Assembly: GCF_018977255.1 (NCBI RefSeq)
Contig: NW_024704745.1
Coordinates: 46,438,001 to 46,502,000 of the forward strand
Source: Callorhinchus milii
Taxonomy: Eukaryota
Direction of reading: 5' to 3'
Length of the DNA stretch: 64,000 bases
The first letter of the stretch is position 1; the number at the start of each line of letters is the position of its first letter. The translations under genes were made by a program, and so were the position numbers. This document shows positions 38,389 through 52,829 of this stretch, piece by piece. The notes under the pieces were generated by a model. It worked only from the letters and a program-made list of their open reading frames with translations. It was not told the DNA's origin and ran no database searches.

Positions 38389-41300
38389 ATGGTTACTGGA
38401 GAAGTAGTGTTCTGTTAAATTATGGCTAATGAAGTGTTAATTATCACCTGGAGTACTTATCATATTGGCAATAAATTTAGCCAATGTGATCAGTTGGTGT
38501 TTGGGGTCTGTCTGGACCACTCTCCCTCCTCCTCCTACCACCACCACCCCCCCACCCCCCCCCCCCCCCCCCCACCCCACTTACAATGAGCAGTGGACTG
38601 TCAGTTCACAAAATACTGCCGTAACTTTGATTTTTGTTGTTGGGATAAGGCAGTATCCTGCAGACCTGCACTCAGTCCAGTGGCCTCCAATTACACGTTT
38701 GGACAGAGTCGGAGTCACAGCCATAGGAAATCCTTCAACTCGGTATTGACTAATTGCCTTTATCAATGATACGATAATAATTAGCACCAAAGTTAATTAA
38801 CACATCACTAGGCACAATTGTCTATTCTGCTGTAAAGTGTTTGACTGGCAAGTTGCTGTGTGCTTCAACAGGAATTTTTTACTAGACAATTCATCCATAG
38901 AAAAGCTGTTGGAGTGGAAGACAAGCAGACATTGCTTGTGAGAGCATGTGTGTGGGTTGGAGTGGGGTGGTGAGTGGTTGTTAGGAATAGGAATAACTCG
39001 GGGGCTTCAGGGAAATAGAAGATTATGGGTTGTCAGAGAGACAAGCTGACACAAGCTGACGTTAGCTCACCCTCCAGATTACTTTCACTCCATATAAGTT
39101 TATAACGTCATCACTAATATAGCGGAGATCAGATCACTGTGATCGCTGCTAAGTAAGGGGAACTGCAGAAGCAAACACATATTCTACTCTTCTTTGTCAC
39201 TTTACATTTGATTACTAATACATTGCATCAATACACTGGCTCTTTTCAATTGATACCTGGTCAAGTATCAATCACTCAGCTTTTCATTCACTGTATAAGA
39301 CAAGTCATACGTGCCTCAGAGGCAGTACTTCATTTTATATATACTGGAGAAGAGAAATAGAAGAGCTACACAGAATTGAATAAGAGGTTTTGTAAGATTG
39401 CAACAATGAAAAGTAGTTAAATTTAATTCAAAAGTACAACTCAAATTATAAAAGCATGTTAACTCTGACAAATTATTATATTTGATTGATGTAAATCGAC
39501 CTGTTCATTATAAAATACGCATAATGCAATGCTTAATGATTGTTAGCGGGCTTGTGTAAGTTGAAGGAGGGCTGAAAATATAAACTGATTTGAAAGATTT
39601 ATTTGCTTGCACCAAAAGAGAGAAAATGCATTTGAATGTATAGCAGCTAAATTAAGAAGAAACTTTATTTTGCTCTGCCTACAACTTATTAATGATAATA
39701 ATTTTATAAAGATATACGTACAGGGATAGTTTAACAGCTGTTTTTTGTTTTTCTGTATCCATTCAGTACAAGAAGTGTTGATTTCCCTCTTATACAGGTT
39801 TATACAGAATAAAAAATTGTGTTTCATGGGATAATTATCACCAGTTATATGTATTTATCGTAAGAATGGACAATCAGTTGTTTTGTTTCCGCAACAATCT
39901 GTCCTTAAAGATGAGCTTGGGACTGCCTCCCCATCTCCCCCCACAACATCTCCAGAAATGATTTGCTGCCACCCTGGATTTTAATATAGTGATGGAATCC
40001 TCTCTTTGATTCCTAGTCTCTATGCCTGTTTTTAACTTAATTGTTTTACTTTTGAAATTACTTTAGATCATCATTACAAAGTGAGAACTTCACATTCTCT
40101 GGGACTCAATGCAAGATCTTCCAATCAGTGTTATATAAAGTATAAGTTGGCACCAAAGACAAAAGCATTCTCCCTCCAGACATTTAGAGAGGAGTGTGGG
40201 GGGCATTAATCAGACCCATGAAATAGCCAATTTTAATAACCAAACTGGAAAAAAATCTTTTTTCTCAGCATCAATATTTTTAGCACCTAAGATTGTTTGA
40301 TGCAATGGTCACTGAAAATTTGGTGCTGATAGCACATGTTTTCTCACGTTATTTCCACTGAATGTCATGTACATTTGTTTCTGAGCCAGCCCTTTGCAGT
40401 GTGGGTTTATTATCGCACAGAGGCGATTCACACCCTAAAGTGCTTAAGTCAGTATAAATTATTTTCATGATCAGCTAGGATAATATATGGTTAAGTAGCA
40501 GAAACCAGACATCCACTACAGTACCGGAAACCACATTTGACATTTTGCCTTCACTGTGTGGCACAATACACTGGACAAAGGTGTCAGTTGTTAACCAGCT
40601 GCCCACTCTTTCCCCGAAGCAAAGATTATGCCAGTCAGCCTCAGACCTAGCCCACCTGATAGATAAAAAGGTTGGGGAGAATGTGAATGTAGTAACAAAG
40701 CTAAGGGTCACCCTTAGAAACAAAGGCCCCTTGTGTTAATATTGATCGTATAATATGGAGGCGATATGCTAAGGGAATAGTAAAGTTTGTGGTATTTGAT
40801 AATTAACACTGATGTAAATTAATGGCAGAGTTAACGATCACCACACTTGTGATGACCGCACCACATGACACTCCGGGACGCTATCCTGCGTGAGGGGCGC
40901 TACATAAATGCAAGTTGTTGTTGTGATGTTTAGTGAGAAAGTAAATGCTGAACTGTATTCACATTCAGTATTTCATCAAGTGACCACCAGGTGACAGCAC
41001 CTTCTTTTATTTTGATGTACATTTTTGCTTTTAAATTCTAGCCCTAGAATGTCTTCTTTTGTTTAATAGTTAAACACCTTGTTAAACAATTAAACATGTT
41101 AAGAAGTTGTTAAACAACCATCTGGATCCGCTAAAGAGGGTGAAACTGGACTCTCTCCAGCCCAGGGTTTTCTTCCTGATATGGACTGAAGCCTTGTGTC
41201 CCACCTGAAGCCTGAGATCATGATCAGGGAATTAAACACTGGGCAGGGAAGAGCACCCATTTCTCCCTTCTTCAACATATCCCACCCAGAAAACACCTAA

Positions 41301-43504
41301 TAAACAAGATTAACAAGAACATACTATAATTTGAATATAAACCATTCAAACAAAGATGGCCCATGACAAAACTAGCCATCACTACCACCTGGTGGTGATG
41401 TGGTGTTTATACCATGTTCAATGTCAATATTGTGATGTTTGGTCTTAAACAAATATTACAAACTGCAGCAATATTTAAAGCTGGTGTTTATTCTCACTAA
41501 TGTTAGATATTATCCTGAGATTTCCAAATTATCTGGTCTGCTCTGGTACAAGATGACTTGCCTGCCTGAAACAGTATTAAATAACAGAGAAAAATAAAAT
41601 TACATTAATAAATAATGCTTATTTATTGTAGAATTGGATATATAAAACAAAGATGAAGACTGCTTTCATGTATCAAACAGTATCAATAGTGGCAGTAGTA
41701 TAACAGTGTATAATCAATAACCAGTGTATCAATTTAACAAAGACACAAATGTATTGGATGCTTGGAAAATAAGCTTCACGGACAAGGAGTCTGATCTGAA
41801 GAGGGGATGTCCCTCATGCTTACACTAATAAGACTGTTCCTTAATCACTATCATAAAGAGAAAACATTCAAAACGATAGAAGGTGCCAGGAAACGTGTAG
41901 TATAAAATAAACTATAGCTTCAAGGAGAGGTTCTTATCTTATCTTATCAGAGGACAAGTTAATGAACAATGAGAGACATTGATTTAAATGTTATTAATTC
42001 ACTGCAATTGAAATGGAGATTTGGAGTACACCTCATAATTTCAAGGAGAGAAATTATAGGTTTCATTTGAATTTGGCAATTTTTGACGTAAAAAGGAAGA
42101 ATTGTAAGTTGGTTTGCTAAGTAAAGTTTAGGTTGTATGTGAGTAAAATAGAAAATATTTCCCAAATCATGATATTGCAAATGGTCCTGGTGTCAGAGAA
42201 GTAGCCTAGTTCCATGAAATAAAATTTCCAACTATGAATCTCCACTCAGATCTAAAGTCCATCTGAATGTACTTCTCATCTTGCTAGTCTCCCATTTAGT
42301 TTCATACAGTGATACCTACAATATAAACTATTAATAGGATTGTTTAATAAGGAAACAAGAAGTACATTATGCTGACTTGCAGAGACAAACTACTTTCAAA
42401 GTAGACTTCCTGGAATTCTGTGTGATATGTGTGACATGCCTAATCTTACCAGAAGAACTCCCTACTGTATTCCCTTATTAAGGAATCTTTGAAATTGCTG
42501 CATATTAGACCCCATTGTTCAGGAGCAGGTTCAAATACCGCAGATTTGATAGTGGATTATCCCAAAATTATATATTATTATATTATAATATATTTTTAAA
42601 GCAAAAGTCTTGAAGATAAAACTGTCTGCACATTTTTAATGCTGTTATAAAACAATTTATGACTTAATTTAAAAGCTTCACTTAAAATTACATTTGTAAT
42701 TTATAAAAATAGACCATTTTCGCTAACAAACAAGATCACTATCAATCTTTGGATGTCCATCATAAAAGTTAAAAAAATAGGATTGGAAGTTGGCAAACAT
42801 TGTGGCCTTAGCATAGCATATACCACATATTACATACAACAACAACTGGCATTTATAAAGTGTCCTTCACACAAGTAGACATACTGCATACTATAAGCTA
42901 AATATCTATTCAGCAAGGTACATAACTGTTTCTATTCAACTATCACAAACCACTGTAATATGTCCCTTCCATTCTTTATTGCAAGTAACAGGGATTTTTT
43001 TTATCAAAACATGGCGTCACTCCAGTTGTGTATGTGAATTAAGAAGCAGATGAATATGTTTCAAATCTAGACAAATTCAAATATATATTTTTATCTTGTA
43101 TTTCATTTGATTAAATAATCCATTTGCTAATAAAAATTAAATAATACAGTACTGAATTATTTGCTCTGGATTATATTTGGATTTAATATCAGGTTGAGAT
43201 GGATGTGATATGTTCTGCACAATACATGTTATGCTTTCTCGAAAAGTGTAGTTTTTCAATAGGTATTGTAATAGCATCATTGTAGGTAGTGGGTAGAAAA
43301 CACAGTGATTAATATCACCTAACATACCACAATTTTCCGCTGGGGATTACGTGGGCTTGATTTGAGTGCACAGACTTTATTCAATTTAAATCACAGGAAA
43401 TCACTGAGGTTGAAGCACACATTAAAAGGTATAAACTAGAAATATACATTGTGAAAAATTATCTGATTGAAATAGTACACATTTGATTTCTGTCAAAGGT
43501 TTTC

Positions 43505-45871
43505 TTGTTCGCTCTGTCCTGCTCTCTCTCCACCCTCCCCATCTCCTATCTCTGCTTGACCCCTCCACTTCCCTCCTCTGCTCCAACCTGGGAATCCTCC
43601 GCCTGGCTCATCGTGGCACTTGGCGCTGGCTGTCCAGCAGCAGACACACCGACTACCCTGACCCCGGGGGCTAACCTCATAACTTAACATGCATGAGTAG
43701 GTCATTCGGCCCTTCAAGCCTGCCCCGCCATTCAATCATGGCTGATCTTCTAATCTAATCTCTCCTCCCTCATCTGCAACACTACCCTCCCTCCCAACCA
43801 ATCCACTACCTCCTCCCATTCCACACATACCCCTGCCAACTGTCCACTCCACATTGGACTTCAAAATGTCCGCTCCATCTCCAACAAGACCCTGGCCGTC
43901 AATGATCTCATCCTCGATGAGAAAATCGACATCATGGAAGAAGATCTCCCCACAATCCCTCTCCTGTGCCCTGGAGTCCTCTGAACTCCTCCCACTCTGG
44001 CCCACCTCTCACAACGATCCACTCACTGCACTCACTCTTCTCCACAGCAACCTCTCCACCGCACTCGATGTCCTTGCTCCCTCACCTTCCAAACTACCTC
44101 CTACTCCCGATCCTCAACCTGGTTCACCAGCCACCTCCACTTGCTTAAGGGTCAGGTGAACCCGCTTGGCTCAAATCCGGCCTAACTGTCCACCGCCACA
44201 TCTGGCTGGACCTCATCAAGAACTATTGATCCGCTCTCGCCTCAGCCAAATCCTCCTTCTATTCCAGATTAATCCTGGAGGCGAAAGGCAATCCCAGACT
44301 CCTGTTCTCCAACACTAACCGGCTCCTCCGCCCTCCCCATCACACCTCGCAAATACTTTCCTCTGATTCTCACTGCGAGAAAATCCTGAATTTCCTCGAG
44401 TCCAAAATCAAGGGAATCCACTCAGCTGCCACTGCCCTCCCAACTTCCACCCCCTCCCTACCCCCACCCCAAACAAGTACCCATCTGACAGCTACTCATC
44501 CCTCCTTCCACACCTTTGAACTTGTCACCCCCTCCTCTGTCTTCAACACGGTAACCTCCATGAAGTCCACCAGCTGCTCCCTCGACCCCATCCCCACTTC
44601 TCTCCTTAAATCCTAGCTCCCCCTCCTTGCCCCACTACTCGCCGACATCATTAACCTCTCCATGTCATCTGGTACTGTTCCTTCCCTCCTCAAAACAGCC
44701 ACTGTCAACCCCACCTTGACAAAACCTTCCCTCAACCCATCACAGCTATCCAGCTACTGGCCCATCTCAAATCTCTCCTTCCTATCCAAGGTCCTTGAGA
44801 GAGCCGTAGCCTCCCAGCTTCGCTCTTTCCTTTCCTCTTACTCCCTCCATGAACCCCTCCTATCGGGTTTCGGTGCTGCCCACAGCACGGAAACTGCTCT
44901 GGTCAAGGTCACAAATGACATCCTGACCATGTGTGACCAGGGCTCCCTCTGCCTCCTCATCCTCCTCGACCTCTCCGCCACCTTTAACACCATGGACCAT
45001 TCAATTTTCCTCAACCTCCTCTCCTCCCACCTCAAACTCCAAGGTTCTGTCCTTGGTTGGTTTAGGTCCTACCTTTCACACCACCTCCACTTCGTCACGT
45101 CAAACAGTTTCTCCTCCAGCCCCCGCACAGTCTCATACGCTCCCCCTTGGTGATGTCATCCGCAGACATGGGGTAAATTTCCACATGTATGCGGATGACA
45201 CTACCTCTCTGCCTCCACCCTGAACTCCAGGACTACTGGCGTCCTGACCGACTGCCTGTCCGATATCAAGTCCTGGACGAGGGCCAACTTTCTCCAACTC
45301 AACGTCAGCAAGACCGAGGCCCTCCTGATTGGCTCGCGCCAGCACCTCCGCACCTCAGGCACTGGCAGCATCAGCCTCCATGGCTGCACACTCAACCTCA
45401 CTAAGCCAGTCAGGAACCTGGGTGTCTTGTTTAACCCTGAACTGTCCTTTCTCCCCCACATCCGCGCCATGACCGGCAGTGTCTACCACCACCTCCGCAA
45501 CATTGCCAGACTTGGTCTGCTGACTCCCTACCAACCGGCCTGCTCCCTCCGCTCATCAGGCTCTGCTGCTCCATGTCTCCCGCCCAATCCGCCCTAACAT
45601 CGGTGGCCGGGCTTTCAGCCTTGCCACCCCCACACTCTGGAATTCCATCCCACGGTCCCTTCACCTCGCTTCCTCTCTTGCATCCTTCAAGGCCGGTCTC
45701 AAGACCCTTCTCTTCGACCGTGCCTTTGGTCTCCCTCCCACCTCTCTGCCTTCCCTCACCCCTACACTACCCCTCCGCCATGCTCGGGCCCCGACATCTG
45801 ACTGTTCAGCGCTTTGGGATGTCCTCCCGACGTGAAAGACGCTCTATAAATGTAATTTTGTTGTTGTTGTT
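43505..45871 (+). mobile_element. Long internally deleted L2 LINE (endonuclease start, RT, 3' tail) with a CR1 3' fragment at ~43685-43745
   Basis: LQNVRSISNK (EN motif I), [50 protein letters not shown] and tail; frameshifts and deletions present. Confidence 0.92.
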
Positions 45872-47068
45872 CTGCTCTTTTTGTTCAAATCATTGGCAGG
45901 GACGATAATCTATGCATTTCAATGCCGCAGATCAGCAATCCAACTGAATAAGGTCAGTCTCCTATACTTTGTTTTTAACCAAAGAACATGAAGGCAATAT
46001 CAAGACGGTGTGCACATCTGGTGGTACTGATGAGTTGCAGCAATTGCCAGTGAGTGTGCGAGGCGATAATTATCAAACAAAAAGAAATTAGAGAACCAGT
46101 GCCTTTGCCTTAAATCTTTCAATTCCCTGCTGGGATAACTCACTATGAAATAACACAAATTGCACCTCATGGTATCTTTCCTCCAACATATACTTTGAAG
46201 AGAAGTTGCATGAAAGCAAACTTCTGGACCAGATGCTGCTGTTCTTAAAAGTACTGTACGTTCTATGTCCACACTCTGGAACTCCATCCCACGGTCCCTT
46301 CACCTTGCTTCCTCCTTTACATCCTTCAAGGCCGGTCTCAAGACTCTTCTCTTCGACCGTGCCTTTGGTCTCCCTCCCACTTCTCTGCCTTCCCTCACCC
46401 CTATACCACCCCTCCCACATGCTCGGGCCCCGACATCTGACTGTTCAGTGCTTTAGGACGTCCTCCCGATGTGAAAGGCGCTCTATACATGTAATTTTGT
46501 TGTTGTTGTTCTGCTCTTTCTGTTCAATGTAATAAAATCATTGGCAGGCACGATAATCTATGTTTAAATTCACTATGCTTAATTTGCTTTGTACACAGAA
46601 ATAATTATAACCAAAGTCACTAATGATATCAAGTTGTGCATGGCAACTTTAGGGTAGATACCAAGATGTGATTCTTAACATTCAGGGTAATCAGCTGATA
46701 AGATTACCAAGAAAGGTGGTTGAGGCCAAGATTCATTTAAAGAATAACTTGATCCTGAAATGGGGAAACAGTAGGATTGTGATCCTTGAAGGATGAGAAC
46801 AAATAAGTGTCAGCTTGGCTTAATCGCACTCTTACCTCTGTGTCAGAAGGTTAGGGTTAGGGATAATTATCAAACAGAAAGCAAATAGAGAACCAGTGTC
46901 TTTGCCTTAAATCTTTCAATTCCCTGCTGGGATAGTTATTACAAGGAACTCACTATGAAATAACACAATTTGCATCTTTCCTCCAACATATACTTTGAAA
47001 GGAAGTTGCATGAAAGCAAACTTCCGGACCAGATGCTGCTGTTCTTAAAAGTACTGTACGTTCTATGT
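45628..47068 (+). repeat. Diverged tandem duplication of a ~640-800-bp unit (L2 3' end plus unique flank)
   Basis: 45628-45920 matches 46269-46565, and 46064-46268 matches 46861-47068. Confidence 0.8.
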
Positions 47069-47928
47069 AAAGGTGCTTCCTTTTTTATATTGTTAGATTG
47101 CTGACCATGTTTGTCTCTCACTCACACATCAAGGTCATGAACTTTATGGTTTCAGCAGAATCTACTGGTTATTTCAAGGATTGAAAGCTTGACATAACTA
47201 GTAGATTAAGGATTGTAGCAATTGATGCTTGTACGATTCTGTCAAGTACGTCACGCTCTAAATTACACACATAATAAATGCTTTATCCACACTTCTACTA
47301 AACAATACAAATTAACTCATGGTTTAAATAATATTTATGCATCATGGGCTTTGTGTGCCGAACAGCAGGCAGAATTGGGAGTTACTAAAACTCTAAATAC
47401 ACTTCCTCAGAACCAGCATACGTTACTGGGGATATAAAAGAGGTGTTCAATGAAGATTTACAATCAAATTAGATTTACATCAAACACAGGTTTTAAAATA
47501 TGAGCCTCGGGAAAGACACTCACGGCATTAGCACCCGATAGCACCTACATTCTCGTTCACCTATTCTCTATTATGCTTGACACCGTGCCCTTTGCTTGGA
47601 GCAGGGAGCAGTGTAGCCCCTACAATTGGAAATCAGCAAACTCTCAGCATCACTTTTCATTTCCACAACTCTTCAGTTTGTGAATAATCCAATTCCACAA
47701 ATGAGTGGCAAGGACAGGATAAGGATCAGACATGATCCCCAACCCTCACCCCACCCACCCCAGGTTGAATAGCTTGCTAATACTCTCTGTCAAGCCTCAC
47801 ATATGATTAACATTCCCTTGGCAAGGTCCATTGACCTGACCACCCCACGTAACATTTCATATAATTCTTTAAAATTTACAGTGGAACAAATATTTGCAAA
47901 TAAAATTTTCAATTACAATTCCCTGAGC

Positions 47929-48382
47929 CAGGGGTTCCCAAATTTTCTGGGCTCAAGGCCCCCCCCAACATATGAGGCATCCTGACTGAGATGCCCCGCA
48001 CAATAAATCCATAGAAATTGAGTGAGAACCTTACTTTTATTGCAAACAATGAAGAAATAAATAAACAATAAAGAAAATAAATAAAAACTAATGCTTACAA
48101 TGTTAGTGTAATCACACAAACTCTGAAGGCTGCATGCCGAATGAGTAAGGCCTTCCCTGCCATTGGCACCATCTGCACGAATTGGTCAGATTTCAGCGAT
48201 TAACAGAGAGCTCCCAGAGCTGTGTGGGCTGTGAATGGATGAGCAAAAGCTCGAGCCTTTGGTGACGGTTTGTTCCAGTTGCCACCTCATGCACCTTGGA
48301 TCCTGTGCCTCATGTACTGCAGATCCTTTGCCTTGTGCACCCAGCCCCAACTCACACCTGCCCCACACTTTGAAAAACAATG
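47929..48382. mobile_element. hAT/Charlie-type MITE remnant
   Basis: Imperfect TIRs CAGGGGTTCCCAAA and TTTGAAAAACAATG; flanking 8-mers CCCTGAGC and CCCCAAGT match 5 of 8. Confidence 0.42.
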
Positions 48383-49239
48383 CCCCAAGTGCCGTATTAA
48401 CATTTGCTTCATATAAACTATAAATAGGTTCAACATTCTTTGGGGGTTTTTGACCAGCGATAACAAGGAACAGCAAATATTTTCCGAAATCTTGTGTGTT
48501 TTATAGTGATGTATACTGTCTGATACTACCACATATAAAAGATAATAATAATAATCCTTGCATTTGATATAACACCTTATAACATCTTCGAGGCATCTCA
48601 AAGCACTTCACAGAATATACTGTAAAGTGAATTGACTGTATATTTTATATTTTACAAGCTCAGCTTGATAGACAATGATATTTATGTTCACTCCATATTT
48701 CATGGTAAACCACATCCTTGAAAGGCTTATTTCAATACTCAACTGAAGCATGCATTTTGGTAGATTTTAAGCAGGTTTTATTTCTATCAATTTACTTTCA
48801 GCCAAAGTTTTATTTACTACCATCTTTCTCTTCGTAGATCATGCATTTTCTTTAATACCATTTTTTTCAAAATAGCTCCAACTAATTCAACTTTCTTAAT
48901 CCATTTTCATGCTATGTATAAGCCCCTTGCCCTCCAAACTGCCTGACAGCACTGTAAACCAGTAATTTAATCCTCAATTTAAAAAAAACTTATTAGGTTA
49001 ATATTTCAGGATAAAATAAACAGGTATATTGGAGAAAAATCAACATAAACAGCTGTTCTCTTACGTTTCAATTGTTAAAACCACTGGCTAGTGTGAATCT
49101 AATCAATACGGACCCAATCCTAGATATGATCATGATCTGTGTAGTTCACTGCAGTAGCAATGATACAGTTGGCCTCACTAAGCCCAGGCTTGGGAGAAGG
49201 AATATGATCACTATCTAATATCCTGTATTGGAATGTGCA

Positions 49240-49680
49240 CATGTTTGGATAATAATCCTTGCAGTTGATATAGCATTTGAGAAACATCTCATTGGCTTCA
49301 CAGGCTTTTTACTATAATGTGTAATGAGTGTATATTTGTAGGTAAACACAACAGCCCAATTTGCACACAGTAATGTCCAACAAACAACCGTGAAGTGAAT
49401 GACCAATTTTATCCTGGGGATTGTTGGTCATGATACCAGCAGAAACTCCTTTCTCTTTTCAAGTAGTATCATGGGATCTTTGGCATTGAACTGAACAGAC
49501 AAGCAGCACCTCAGTTCAATGTCTCATTCAAAGGATAGCTCTTCTGACAGTGTAGTGCTCCCCCAGCTTTGCACTGGAATATCAGCCTAGACTATAAGCT
49601 GAAAATCCAAACTTGGAGCTTGAACCCACAACCATCTGACTCAAAAGTGAGAATGCTGCCAACTGAGACGGGCTGACAAC
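49240..49680 (-). mobile_element. Older long Deu-SINE
   Basis: Reverse complement of the 12028/23125 family from head to tail. Confidence 0.72.
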
Positions 49681-50394
49681 TGGATGTCAGAGATAAAGGT
49701 GACATTGGATCCAGTCCTGATGACCCCATACAGTTGAATAGTCAACCATCACTCAAGATCTAGGCTCATGAAAAATGTTGATTAGGCCAGTGTACTAAAG
49801 TGGGTCACACCTACCGAAGACACTTTTTTTTTAGGCTTGCTGTAAAGATGCACAAAATAACAGGAAATTACTTATGCCTGATTTCTATACATTTGTTCAA
49901 TCGGGCATTTTTTTTAAAAAAATGCTCACTCAGGAAAGTAACCTACAAAGAGAGGCAATATACATACTGCTACAGGGTGATTCTCCACATTTTTAGCAGT
50001 CGGAGTTGAGACTCTGGAGTGTGACCAGTCAATGGCACTTTATAGGAGAATGCCTTAACTCAATTATCCTGTTAAAACATCTGAAAGGTCAGTCTGGCTT
50101 CAAAAACAGCCGCCTCCCACATCCAAATTGGCAGTTCACTACATTCCTAGCTGTCTTGGCCTGCTATCATTATTTGCTAATTGGGAGAGGGTGGTTAACT
50201 TCTATTTTGACATATTTTCTTATTTAAGGAGCCTAGTTAATGAACCTTTCAGAACTTGTTTCTTTTTAATAAGCTACTTTCCTTAAACCAGGGTTTTTCA
50301 CAATAAGCCTACGTGATATTCATGTTATTTTGTGAATTCTGGAGCAGGGAGATTATTTGCTAATAATAATAATTATAATAATCAGAGGTAATAA

Positions 50395-50840
50395 CACGAC
50401 AGACACAGAGAGAGACACTCACAGACAAAGACACTCACAGACACAGAGAGACACACACACCCAGAAGCACAGAGAGAGATGCACATTCTGAGAGAAATGC
50501 ATACTCACATAGAGACACTCACAAACACATACAGACACAAGCACAAACACACAGAGGAGAGGGAGACACAGACATAATCACACAGACATTCACAGAGAGA
50601 TCGAGACAGACACAGACAATCATACACACTCTCACACAGAGACACAGACAATCATACACACTCACAGAGTGACACAGACAATCATACTCACACACAGACA
50701 ACAATACTCACACAGAGACACACTGTCATACAAACTCACGCACAAAGACATACAGACAATTTTACACACACACACACAGATACACAATCATAACACATGT
50801 GCACACACAGACTCACAAACAATCACACACAGAGACACAG
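50395..50840. repeat. Degenerate (CA)/(CAGA) low-complexity repeat
   Basis: Direct reading of acacagagagacac-type units. Confidence 0.9.
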
Positions 50841-50844
50841 ACTC

Positions 50845-50937
50845 TGGGGTTTGTACCTGGGGGGTGAGTTCTGTAGCAGAGGGGTGGGTTCTGTAGCAGA
50901 GGGGTGGGGTTTGTAGGCAGAGGGGTGGGGTTTGTAG

Positions 50938-51007
<70 letters not shown>

Positions 51008-51092
51008 GTAGCTGAGGGGTGGGGTTTGTAGTGGAGGGGTGGTGTTTGTAGTGGGGGGTAGGGGTTTAGCAGGGGGTGGGGTTTGTAGCAGG
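50845..51092 (+). repeat. G-rich ~20-bp minisatellite (TTTGTAGCAGAGGGGTGGGG) with a 67-nt poly-G core (50939-51005)
   Basis: Direct reading; about ten degenerate units flank the G run. Confidence 0.88.
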
Positions 51093-51224
51093 TTCCGCAG
51101 AAAAGGTGTGTGTTTTTTTTCTATTGACCCATCTTATAACTAGTTTGGGTCTGGTTTGTTCATATGTTGGTAATGAGACCTGCTCTTTTACATAACTATA
51201 TTTAACTATATAATATATAACTAT

Positions 51225-52185
51225 ACGGGATGACATCCAACTCTACCTCTCTGCCTCTACCCTGAACTCCAGGACTGCTGAGATCCTGACCAACTGCCTG
51301 TCCGACATCAACTCCTGGACGAGAGCCAACTTCCTCTAACTCAACGTCAGCAAGATTGGCTCGCGCCAGCGCCTCCGCACCTCAGTCACTGGCAGCATCA
51401 GCCTCCACGGCTGCACACTCAACCTCACTAAGCCAGTCAGGAACCTGGGTGTCTTGTTTGACCCTGAACTGTCCTTTCTCCCCCACATCCGTGCCATGAC
51501 CGGCACTGTCTATCACCACCTCCGCAACATTGCCAGACTCCGCCACTGCCTCACCCCTCAGGCTGCCAAAACCCTCACCCACGCATTCGTCACATCAAGG
51601 CTCGATTACGGGAACTCCCTCCTCATCGGCCTTCCCAACTCTTCCCTTCACAAGCTGCAGATCATCCAAAACTCTGCAGCTCATGTACTCTCACACACCA
51701 GGCTCCGTGACCCCATCACTCCTACCCTCGCCCGACTCCACTGGCTCCCCATCCCCCAGAGGATCGAGTTCAAGATCCTTGTCCTCACCTTTAAGGCCAT
51801 CCATGGCCTTGCCCCCTCCTACCTCTCTGACCTGCTGACTCTCTACCAACCTGCTCCCTCTGCTCATCGGGCTCCGGGCTGCTCCATGTCTCCCGTCCGA
51901 CCCGCCCTACCATCGGTGGCCGGGCTTTCAGCCTCTCTGTCCCCACACTCTGGAACTCCATCCCACAGTCCCTTCGCCTCACTTCCTCCCTTGCCTCCTT
52001 CAAGGCCGGTCTCAAGACCCTTCTCTTTGACCGTGCCTTTGGTCGCCATCCCACCTCTCTGCCTTCCCTCACCCCTACACCACCCCTCCCCCATGCTCGA
52101 GCCCTGACATCTGATTGTTCAGCGCTTTGGGACGTCCTCCCAACATGAAAGGTGCTCTACAAATGTAATTTTGTTGTTGTTGTTG
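51225..52185 (+). mobile_element. Young 5'-truncated L2 LINE
   Basis: ORF 51454-52107 contains [49 protein letters not shown]; (TTG)n tail. Confidence 0.93.
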
Positions 52186-52829
52186 CCTGCATTCAAGACC
52201 TGCACTGATCTTTGTTTGCGTTACTATTCCTCTCCCAAGCTATTCAGCTAAGTTAAAATCCCCCATTACCACCAGTTTCATTTTCTAACAAGCTTCTTTG
52301 ATCTGCCTGTATGTATATTTCCCCATACATCATTATGGCCAGGTCTATGTGGTTTCATTCTACCCACAATTATTTAATTTGCTAGTCACATTCTTATCTA
52401 CACCTCTTTTAACTCTTATTTAATAATCAGCAATCAAACATTTCCCACATGTACATAGCAACTATTTCTGTGCACCTGTGGCCTACAAGTCATTTTGAAG
52501 TTATTCAAGGTTATCAATGATGAATTTCAGTTCTGCACATTGTGCACATCCAGAACGATTGACTCTGTGAAAACAAACCCAGAAGTAATGTCATTGCACA
52601 GCTTGAGGTGAACTTTCACAGCCATTGATTTTCTGAGGGATATTCTCTTTTCAGAGGTACATTTGCTTCCTCCTATAGCCCACAATTGAGGCAAGGTTTA
52701 TAATGAGCAATTATGGGATTCTTTGGTTTGAATTCAGCTCTGGGGAAGTGTAATTTTCGGTCTCTTATAACCAGTTGGCACCCTCACCTATGGGTAAAAG
52801 CATTATAGATACAGCCCCAAGTTGGGGCT

